From assembly GCA_025558095.1 (NCBI GenBank), contig JAIVFI010000049.1, forward strand, positions 1 through 28,112: a stretch of DNA of 28,112 nt, written 5' to 3'. Both the position numbers and the translations under genes were made by a program. This stretch comes from Hyaloraphidium curvatum SAG 235-1. Its lineage: Eukaryota > Fungi > Monoblepharomycota. The notes under the pieces are model-generated. The model was not told the origin of the DNA. It made no database searches and saw only the letters and a program-made list of their open reading frames with translations. How positions within the stretch are numbered: position 1 is the stretch's first letter; every line of letters begins with the position of its first letter. This document shows, piece after piece, positions 1 through 7,966 of this stretch.

Positions 1-2
1 CC

Positions 3-728
3 CTCCGCAACGCATGCCTCGCACTCCGCGCGGCCGTCGACGACGTTGCTTTCCTGCGCAAGTGGCTGCTCGCGCCCCCGGACGAGCGCCGCGTTGCGCT
101 GTACGACCGCACCGAGGCCATGCTCGCGAAGCATCACCTGACCGCGAAGGCCGTGCCCGTCGCCGAGGTCCTGCAGCAGCTGGGCGCCGCCGACCCCGGC
201 GCGTGCCATGGATGCAAGCGCTCGCCGGAGGAGCTCCCCCCCCGCGCCGACGGCGGTGCCGCACCGCCCGACTTCCTCGCCATGGGATCGAGCACCTTTC
301 TCTGCCCCCCCTGCCGGCGCCGCCACTTCCCGACCTCCTCCGAGCTCCCGTGGGGCCTCGCCGCGTCGGACGTCTCGGGTCTCGCCGGCATCCGCCTTCC
401 GGGGAGCTACGTGACCTACTACCCTTTGACCAAGTTGGCCCCCGTTGCCCGCCGCAAGTTCCCCTCGCTCCCCCCCGACGCCAACCCCTCGCAGCTCGAC
501 GCGGCGTGGGCGGAGCGCCTGGCCCGTGCCGCGCGCAGGAGGAAGGAGGCGCTCTCGGCGCGGCTGCGTGAGGACGAGAAGGGCGAGATCGAGGCGGCGC
601 TCAAGGATGCCAAGCTGCTGAGCTACCGCGGGCAGTTCACGACGAGGTACAGGGCGAACCTCAAGCGGGGGAGGGGGACGAGGGGACGAGGGAGGCCGAG
701 GCGTTCGCGGAGGCGATGGCGTACGTGA
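3..728 (+). CDS. 5'-truncated hypothetical protein, possibly F-box-like, with a CxxC...CxxC putative zinc-binding pair; the original C-terminus probably ran to 757
   Basis: The frame is open from position 3 (LRNACLALRAAVDD resembles an F-box C-terminal end) through CHGC...CPPC. An 8-bp tandem duplication at 676-691 shifts the frame; removing it gives ...REAEAFAEAMAYVKGKKAAKAG* ending at 757. Confidence 0.5.
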   Translation, partial: LRNACLALRAAVDDVAFLRKWLLAPPDERRVALYDRTEAMLAKHHLTAKAVPVAEVLQQLGAADPGACHGCKRSPEELPPRADGGAAPPDFLAMGSSTFLCPPCRRRHFPTSSELPWGLAASDVSGLAGIRLPGSYVTYYPLTKLAPVARRKFPSLPPDANPSQLDAAWAERLARAARRRKEALSARLREDEKGEIEAALKDAKLLSYRGQFTTRYRANLKRGRGTRGRGRPRRSRRRWRT

Positions 729-911
729 AAGGCAAGAAGGCGGCCAAGGCCGGGTAGCGCCCGAAATGACGACAGACAACCCGCCAAACGCAACTCGCGC
801 CCCGACCTCCACACCAGGCGTTTCCCGTCCGCTTCCCCCTTCCTGACGCGTCTCTCGAATCATTCCTTCCACCGGCACCCGCCAGCCTCCTCGCCTGCCC
901 GCCGGACCGCC

Positions 912-1388
912 ATGGACGCGCCTTCCCCGGCCTCCGACGTTTCTCCCCCTCCGGACGCTTCCCTCCCCACGGCGCAGCCGGTGACGATGGAATCCCTCCT
1001 TTCCTTCCTCCCGGCATCTTTATTGCCCCCCGCGCTCTTCCTCCTCTCCGGCTTCTCCGCCTGGGTCCCCTCGTTGCTCTCCCTCCTGGACCACGTCACG
1101 CACATGGGCCCCGCCCGGCAGTTCGGGTACTTTTTCGCCGCCTGGATCTCCCTGCGGATGTTCCACCTCGCTTCCCCCTCCGGCTTCGCGCGCGCGAGGA
1201 TCTGGCTGCAGGCCGCGCTCGTGGCGCTGGTAATCGCGGGGCTGGCGGGCGGGTTCGCGGCAAAGGGCGTGGAGTGGTACCACGCTCCCCCGGCGCCGCG
1301 CAGGAACGCCACGCTGTTCAACGCGACGTTTGCCAACGCGACCGGGAACGGGACGGCGGGGGAGGAGGAGGGGTTCGAGGAGCTGTAG
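912..1388 (+). CDS. hypothetical small membrane protein (about 3 hydrophobic segments, C-terminal NxT sequons)
   Basis: 158-aa ORF with ATG in good context (ccgccATGg), hydrophobic stretches, NAT/NAT/NAT/NGT sequons and an acidic tail ending FEEL. Confidence 0.5.
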   Translation: MDAPSPASDVSPPPDASLPTAQPVTMESLLSFLPASLLPPALFLLSGFSAWVPSLLSLLDHVTHMGPARQFGYFFAAWISLRMFHLASPSGFARARIWLQAALVALVIAGLAGGFAAKGVEWYHAPPAPRRNATLFNATFANATGNGTAGEEEGFEEL

Positions 1389-1667
1389 GTCGCCGGACGG
1401 GGACGCGCTCATTCGACTGGAGGGGCCCGTGCAGGATGGATACCCTCCTAACTACATGTAGGACGGCCGATACCCGTAAATTTCCTGCCTGCTTCGGCTG
1501 AGGAACGCGTCCGGAACGCCGGTGATTATCGGGCCAGTCACGCGGCCTTCGCCACCCCTTCCGCCGACGCGGGTTCGTCCTCCAGCGGCGGCAGCGAGCC
1601 AGCCCGACGACCCCCGCGGGCAATCCTCACAACTTCCTCGCGTCCGGGAACCGCGCGGCAGCCGAAG

Positions 1668-1779
1668 ATGCCCGTCTTCTCCGACCCCGCCTCGCGCCGC
1701 GTGGACCTCGCCCTCCTCCTCTTCTTCACCTCTCCCTCGCCCTCTCCGTCGTCTCGGCCCCGCGGTCCACCGTGGCTCG

Positions 1780-1817
<38 letters not shown>

Positions 1818-2555
1818 TGGCGGAGCCTCGCGCCGTACCTCCCCGCCACGCTGTTCGGCCTGTTCCGCTCCTGCGCCGCCTTCGGGGACGACGTCACGTG
1901 CACCAACTTCCCCTCGGCGCGGCTGTGCGAGGGGAGCGCGGGGACTTTGCGCCGCGTGGCTGTCGGCAAGGTTCGGGTGGTCCTTGCCTGCGCCGGCGGG
2001 GCGGTGGCGGCGGTCGGGGGGGTGCTGGGGCTGGCGGCGGAGGAGGGGATGAAGGCGATGGCGGGTGGGGGGGTTCCTTTCGCCTGCTTTGGCATCGGCG
2101 GGAGGGTTCGAATTGTCGCGTCTTTGCCGGGTGCGGCCGCGTCGCTTCGCTTCGCTTTTGGCGCGCCGATAGGCAAAATGGCCGTCGCCGGCGTCCTCGT
2201 GCACCTCCTCGGCCAGGTGGTCGCCATGTCGGTCATGATCAACGTGGAGGCCAATGCGGACGGGGCGGTGCCGCTGCCCGTGTTCCGGACGGCGTGGGTC
2301 ACCGCGGTGCGCCGCGGGGATCGATGGACGGGGGCTGACGCGCCGCGCGGGGCGACAGGTTCGGCGCGAGCTTCGTGCTCTGCATCGTGAGCTGGGTCGC
2401 GGACGTGTTCATCGTGGCGGTGGGTCGCTCCGCTTCCAACCTGCCGGCACGGGGCTTTGATGTTGATTCGGACCGTTCGGTTCCCGCGTGGCAGATCAAA
2501 GCTCGTCGCCATCGGCCTCTCCAAGCGGTCCGCGTACACCGAGATCGCGAGCTGA
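1668..2555 (+). CDS. multi-exon tetraspan membrane protein, claudin/SUR7-PalI-like; exact exon structure uncertain
   Basis: GLFRSC...C resembles the claudin-superfamily first-loop signature. An intron (GTGCGC near 2308, gctgac branch point, cag near 2358) leads to FGASFVLCIVSWVADVFIVA, and a last exon reads LVAIGLSKRSAYTEIAS* (TGA 2553-2555). TM1 appears disturbed by small indels next to a 36-C run. Confidence 0.45.
1780..1815 (+). repeat. poly-C homopolymer (36 nt)
   Basis: Directly visible. Confidence 0.9.
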
Positions 2556-3076
2556 GTTTCCCCCGCCCGGCCAAATTGGGCCCTGCTGGCGAGGGACGGA
2601 GTTGATCAGTGGCTTCTTGGCTGGGCGATTCCCGGGGGTGATCAGGTTGCGGGGGGCCGGGGGGGGGGGGGGGGGCATGTGGGGTGTATTTGGATTGCTG
2701 CGGCCCGGACATAGATTGCTGCTGAATGCCAACGAGGAGGGATTGGGACGGGGAGGTCACGGGGGTGTATGGAAGGCGGCGTCCCAATCGAGGGTCGCCA
2801 AATTCAGGTTGCGGCAGAGGAGCTGCCGGACCGTGCCGCCGCTCGGACGCGGCGGGAAAATTAGGCCGAGTTGCAAGGCAGCATGCTGCAGGGGATGCAG
2901 TGTTCCCGGGGGTCCCGAATCGGGGTCGAGGGGATACCGCAGCTTTGGTTCGCGGGGACCCGGCGCGAACCAAGTCGAGGAATCTCCCCGACACCCCCAA
3001 ACACCGGGCAGTCCCCGTACGGAGGCGACAGCCGACCCCGCTCCGCCGCCTCGGGACCCCGCGCGCACGCGCCGCC

Positions 3077-5629
3077 ATGCCCTTCGAAGGCGGCCCGTCG
3101 CGCGCCGCGCCCTCCGCCGGCCCGTCGCCCCCGCGCCCGCCGCCCCCGCTGCCCTCTCAGCCGCGCACGCCGCACGCCGCCGCCCCTCAGCCGCACCGGA
3201 AGCACCCGCGCGACTCGCCGGCCGCATTCTCGGCGCACGGCGCGCGCGGGGGCATGGCCGGGGCGGGCGGCCCGCAGCCGCACCCCGTGCCGGCCCCGCC
3301 CGACGCCGCCCCCGCTGCGCACGGCTCCCCCGCGGCAAAGGCAAACAAGAAGCGCCGTGCGGACCCGCCGCCGCTGCCCGTCGCCGCCCCGCGCGGCACG
3401 CACTGGCCCGCAATGCCCGCGCCCAGCCTCGCCGCGTTCCCGGCAAAGCACCCCTCGCCGCCCTCGCTCCACGCGCAGTCGCCCTTCGGCATGCAATTCG
3501 GGCACCCCGCCTCGCAAGGCGCCCGCATGCCCGGCCCGCCCTTCGGCCCGCCCGCCGCGCTCACCCCCGCGCTGCACCGCGCGCCCCTCGCCGACCCCGG
3601 CTCCCCGCACAAGCGGCACTCGCTGCCCGCGAACCCCTTCTCCGCGCACGCGGGGGGGCCCCGTCCGCACGCGGGCGCCTTCGCCTCGCCCCGCGCGGAC
3701 GTGCGCTTCCCGCAGGTCGGCGCCGGCGCGCACGGCGCGGCAGCCGGCAGCCCCGCCTTCTTCCGCGAGACCCCCGGCCGCCCGAAGCCGGTCCTCGACC
3801 AGGCGTCCCCCTTCTTTGCCCCCCCGTCGCATACCGCCCCCCCGCCCTCCCAGTTCCACCCCGCGTCGTCGCAGGCCGCGGCTTCTTCCCAGGCCACGCT
3901 CCGCGGGACCGGGAAGCAGGCGTCGACCTGGCCCACCCCCGCGCGGCCGACGAGCAACGTCATGAGCCCGCACGAGCAGCGGGACGCGATAATGAGCAGC
4001 CCCGAGGCCAGGGATGAGAAGGAGGTGCGTTCTCGCTTCCCGCGCACCGCAACGGCCAGCTCACCAGGCTCCGCGTTCCAGTTCTGGGCCTCGCCCCCGG
4101 CAAAGACCCCCCGGACCGAACGGCACCAGCTGCTCACGCCCGTCAAGAGCGGCAAGAAGCAGCCCGATGACTGGTGGCTCAAGTCGCCCTTCAAGTCCGA
4201 AAAGGGCGGCCGCCACGGAAAGTTCCACGAAAAGGTCGACTTCCGGAGCCCCGGCGGGTTCGGCAAGCTCGCGAGCAGGTTCGGGGACATACAGATGCTC
4301 GAGCACGATGCCGCGCCAACGGCGGCGGTGGCCGGGCCGGCGTCGCCCGCGCGGAGGGGCAACCTGCTCTTTTCGGACTTTCTCCCCGCGCCGAGCTCCC
4401 CCGCAAACCACGGCCAGCAAGCGCATCAGCCCGGCGACTTTGTCGCCCTGCTCATGTTCCCCGAGGCCGCTGCCCAGGACCAGCCCCTCCCCTTCGAGCT
4501 CCTCTGCCGCGTGCTCGCGTACCTCCCACCCCCCGACCTCGTGCGCTGCATGGTCCTCAGCAAGTCGTGGTGCAACGCCGCCGCCCCCGCGCTGTGGAGC
4601 GAGATTCGTGTGCGCAGCACGGTCGGCTGGTCCAAGATCTTTGGCGTGCTCAAGGGCAAGTCGACCCCCGCCTCGGACGCCTCGTTGTTCGAGGACCCCC
4701 CCGGCAGCCCGCGCCGCTCCTCCCGCCTTGCCTCTCCCGCGCGCCCCGCGATGCCCTTTGGCGCGCACCGCCGCTCCGGCCCCCGCGCTGCGGTGTACCG
4801 CTCCCTCGTCCGCGCATGGAGCTACTCCTCCATCGACGCCGACGGCAAGCGGCTGCCCACCACGCGGGGCGCCACCCTGTCCATCCTCCGCGGCCTGCTC
4901 ACCTCGCGGGTGTACATGCCGAACCTGCGGCGTGTGTCGCTCGCCGGGGGCGCGGAGTGGGCCGACGACGGGTTCCTGAGGATGCTGGCGGCGGGGTTCG
5001 GCGGGGTTCTGGAGCACCTCTCCCTGTCGGGGTGCAGGAACGTCACCCGCGCCGCGCTGCTCGCCAGCCTGCCCGAGTTCCGTGCGCTCAGATCGGTCAG
5101 GATCGAGTACTCCTCCGAGGTGGACGCCGCCGTCGTCTCGCGCATCGCCGCCCTCGGGGTGCCTTGCGTGGCGGTGGTGTACTGCGGCTCGCTCGACGAC
5201 GCCGCCGTCGCCCTCCTATCGGGGTGCAGGGAGCTCGAGGTGACTTTCTGCCCCGGAGTGACCTTTGGCGCCGGCATCCGCGGGCTGCTCGCGCGCGCCG
5301 AGGGGCTCGAGGTGCTCAGGGCGGGGTACATCACCTGGAGCGAGCCGCCCAGGGGGCAGACGGCCAGGTTCCCGCGGGGGATGAGGGAGCTGGATCTCTC
5401 GGGCTTGCCGGTGCTCGATGCGCGGGTGTCGCTACCGGCGTCGCTGCGGAGGCTGGTGCTGAGGGAGCTCCCGCAGGCCGCGACGGCGGCGGCGCTGGCG
5501 AGGCTGCTGAAACGGTGCACATCCTTGGAGGTGCTGGACGTGGGCGGGACGCCGTTCGCGCCGGGGGAGAGGGAGGAGGCGGGGCGGTGGTGCGCGGGGA
5601 GGGGGGTGCGGATGGTGGCGGACGACTGA
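3077..5629 (+). CDS. F-box / leucine-rich-repeat protein with a long Pro/Ser-rich disordered N-terminus
   Basis: F-box LPFELLCRVLAYLPPPDLVRCMVLSKSWCNAAAPALW and LRR-like units (LRRVSLAG, LEHLSLSGCRNVT, MRELDLSGL, LEVLDVGGT). Start taken at gccgccATG 3077 rather than the non-ATG start at 2726. Confidence 0.85.
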   Translation: MPFEGGPSRAAPSAGPSPPRPPPPLPSQPRTPHAAAPQPHRKHPRDSPAAFSAHGARGGMAGAGGPQPHPVPAPPDAAPAAHGSPAAKANKKRRADPPPLPVAAPRGTHWPAMPAPSLAAFPAKHPSPPSLHAQSPFGMQFGHPASQGARMPGPPFGPPAALTPALHRAPLADPGSPHKRHSLPANPFSAHAGGPRPHAGAFASPRADVRFPQVGAGAHGAAAGSPAFFRETPGRPKPVLDQASPFFAPPSHTAPPPSQFHPASSQAAASSQATLRGTGKQASTWPTPARPTSNVMSPHEQRDAIMSSPEARDEKEVRSRFPRTATASSPGSAFQFWASPPAKTPRTERHQLLTPVKSGKKQPDDWWLKSPFKSEKGGRHGKFHEKVDFRSPGGFGKLASRFGDIQMLEHDAAPTAAVAGPASPARRGNLLFSDFLPAPSSPANHGQQAHQPGDFVALLMFPEAAAQDQPLPFELLCRVLAYLPPPDLVRCMVLSKSWCNAAAPALWSEIRVRSTVGWSKIFGVLKGKSTPASDASLFEDPPGSPRRSSRLASPARPAMPFGAHRRSGPRAAVYRSLVRAWSYSSIDADGKRLPTTRGATLSILRGLLTSRVYMPNLRRVSLAGGAEWADDGFLRMLAAGFGGVLEHLSLSGCRNVTRAALLASLPEFRALRSVRIEYSSEVDAAVVSRIAALGVPCVAVVYCGSLDDAAVALLSGCRELEVTFCPGVTFGAGIRGLLARAEGLEVLRAGYITWSEPPRGQTARFPRGMRELDLSGLPVLDARVSLPASLRRLVLRELPQAATAAALARLLKRCTSLEVLDVGGTPFAPGEREEAGRWCAGRGVRMVADD

Positions 5630-5856
5630 TGCGGTGGTGGTGGTGGTGTGGGGCGGGGGCTCGCGCGCGCGGCGCATGCATCTCTTTCGGCTCGAATCAT
5701 CTCTTTCGCTTCTCTTTCTCTGTTTCTGTATCTGTTGTAGAGGCGCGTGCGTGCGGGAACATGATTATGGAATCCCAAAGCTCGGACCGGGGAGTGACTG
5801 GATTTCGTCCGCGTCTGTGCATCACAGTGAGCTTTGTGGTGATGTACATGGAGTAG

Positions 5857-7560
5857 CTACCTCCCCGGCATGAACGACCCCCGCTCCGCCAACGGCCACC
5901 CCTCCAGCCCCCCATCCCAGTCCCTCGGATCCTCCACCGCCCTCGCCAGCGCCTCCATCCCCGGCACGCACCCCGCGCTCCCCCTCAGCGCGCGGAGGCC
6001 CCCGTCCAGCCGCTTCCTTACGAACCCGCGGAGTTCGGGCTGGTCGGGCGGCAGGTCGCGGAGGAGCATGGAGAGGAGGAGGGAGAGCTTGGCGGTGCTG
6101 GTCCAGACGGTGCAGGGGAGGTGGTCCAGGGCGGTGGGGGAGGAAGCGAGGAGGGAGGAGAGGCGGTCGCATGCGGCGAGGGCGGCGTCGAGCGCGGGGA
6201 CGAAGGATTCGGAGGAGAGCCACGGGTGCAGGGCGGCGGCATCGGCGACCCTTGCAGGGCACAGGCAGAGGGCGCGGAGGGTGTGCAGGTGCAGGAGGAG
6301 GTGTTCCGGCTGGGCGTGGCGGAACCGGGAGGGGGCGTCGGGGAGGAGGGTCCATGCCGGTGGGGAGGCAGGGGTGGGGCGGGCGGCGAGGAGGTCCAGG
6401 GCCGAGGCGGCGGCGTCCATGAGGTCCGGCGCGGGGGAGGAGCGGAAGGTGTGGAGGTACGCGAGCATGGCGATGCCGTCGAGGTGGGGGAAGAGGACGG
6501 GGATGGCTCCAGGGGCAGAGAGCATCGAGGCGGTGACGGCGGGGGCGGCGGGTGCGCCGTAGGGGCGGGGGAGGGGAACATCGGCGACCAGCTCATCGGG
6601 GACGATCCAGGTGCCCGTGGACGAGCGCAGGATGCCAGAGCGGTCGTAGGCGTAGACGAACCAGCGCAGACGCCGCGCGAGCTCGCCGTCGTGGCCCTCG
6701 GCCGCGGGGTCCGTGGACGCGGCCGCGGCGGCAGCCAGGCGGAAAAGGTGCTCGGCCGGTCTCCGGTCCGGGTTGTAGAAGGTTGCGATGAAGGCAAGGT
6801 GCACAAGGGCCACGGCATCCCAGAGCAGGCTCCGCCCGTCGAGCGGGGCGGCGTGGAGGGAGGGAACGGGCACGAGGGAGCTTTGCACGAGCTCCGTGGC
6901 CGTGGCCGTACAGGCAGCCCCCCATTTCATGCACTCTGCCGCGCTCAGGCTGCCCGGGGCCGCGTCCAAGGTGCGCTGCGAGGTCCCACTTCCCGTGCCA
7001 ACCGAGGAACCGCGCGCATCGTCGTTGCCCACCCCGTCCTCTCCAATCTCATCGGCAAGATAGAAGAGCGCCAGCGCCAGCACGGCGTTCGCGGCAGCCG
7101 CGGGCATATAACCGGCGTCTCCCACCAAACGCAAGTCCACGAGAGGGAGGGTCGCATAGGCCGAAGCGGAGTACACCTCCATCGTGCGCTGCCGCAAATC
7201 GTCGGGCACGTCTACAACGCGTCCGGTCGCGGAGCTTCGAGAGGGCGCCGGGCTCGGCAGCGGCGGCGGCGAACGCGTCTTCCCGGCCACCGGCCCGGGC
7301 GGCACGCACGCATGCCGCTTCCTGGGCGTGCCCCGCAGCGCCGCTTCGCCGAGCGCCAGCAATTTCGCGAGATCCGCGGCATCGGGCGCCTCGTACTCGC
7401 ATTCGCCGCCGCGGGAGGCGCACCGCCCGCACCGCAGGCCCGCGAACCGGTCCGCGGGATCCCCCTCACGCCAGCCCTCGGCCGCGGCGAGGATGAGTAG
7501 CTCGATGTCGCAGACGCGACGTCGTTGCCGGCAGTACGCGCAGATCAGTCGGGGGCGCAT
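5857..7560 (-). CDS. Zn(II)2Cys6 fungal transcription factor with a fungal-specific TF (middle homology) region
   Basis: CAYCRQRRRVC-x26-CGRCASRGGECEY at the N-terminus, the ELARRLRWFVYAYDR motif typical of the Fungal_trans domain, and an uninterrupted 567-aa ORF. Confidence 0.85.
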   Translation of the reverse strand: MRPRLICAYCRQRRRVCDIELLILAAAEGWREGDPADRFAGLRCGRCASRGGECEYEAPDAADLAKLLALGEAALRGTPRKRHACVPPGPVAGKTRSPPPLPSPAPSRSSATGRVVDVPDDLRQRTMEVYSASAYATLPLVDLRLVGDAGYMPAAAANAVLALALFYLADEIGEDGVGNDDARGSSVGTGSGTSQRTLDAAPGSLSAAECMKWGAACTATATELVQSSLVPVPSLHAAPLDGRSLLWDAVALVHLAFIATFYNPDRRPAEHLFRLAAAAAASTDPAAEGHDGELARRLRWFVYAYDRSGILRSSTGTWIVPDELVADVPLPRPYGAPAAPAVTASMLSAPGAIPVLFPHLDGIAMLAYLHTFRSSPAPDLMDAAASALDLLAARPTPASPPAWTLLPDAPSRFRHAQPEHLLLHLHTLRALCLCPARVADAAALHPWLSSESFVPALDAALAACDRLSSLLASSPTALDHLPCTVWTSTAKLSLLLSMLLRDLPPDQPELRGFVRKRLDGGLRALRGSAGCVPGMEALARAVEDPRDWDGGLEGWPLAERGSFMPGR

Positions 7561-7893
7561 TTTTGTCTGCCAACGAGCGTGTATGGTTCATTTCCGCAAG
7601 GAAGACAATATACAGAGCATAATAATCACGGGCTTAGGCGGACGGTCAGGTCCGCGGCCAGGCTAACCGGGCGGGCGGCCAGCTCTAACGCGCTGACCGC
7701 ACAAACGCTACCCCGAAGCAACCGCCCGAACGCGGGCAAACACCCCCGCGCGGGCCCCGCCGACAGCGCAGAGCCGGACAGCTGTCGCGCGCCGAGCTCC
7801 CCGGGCCGGCGCTTCGCGCCGCGGAGGCCCGGTGCGCGAGCGGCGCCGCATCGCCCGCGGGCAAACGCTGACAGGTCGCGCGCGCGGGTTCCC

Positions 7894-7963
7894 CCGCGGT
7901 CCTCCCGCGCCGCGGTCCTCCCGCGCCGCGGACCCCATAGATTCGGCGGACCCCATAGATTCG
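7894..7963 (+). repeat. two adjacent short tandem duplications (16 bp x2 and 18 bp x2) just upstream of the recombinase ATG; also at 13318-13387
   Basis: ccgcggtcctcccgcg x2 at 7894-7925 and gcggaccccatagattcg x2 at 7928-7963. Confidence 0.85.
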
Positions 7964-7966
7964 CGC

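Noticed and set aside
2488-5856. Long alternative-frame and antisense ORFs over the F-box/LRR gene (e.g. 2488..4017, 4174..5856, 3187..4362)
   Set aside because: Shadow ORFs of a GC-rich coding region with Arg/Pro/Ala-rich translations and no domain motifs.
7832-7966. Upstream GTG start for the recombinase given in the ORF track
   Set aside because: The gene is eukaryotic, the first ATG is at 7967, and the upstream part consists of short tandem duplications.
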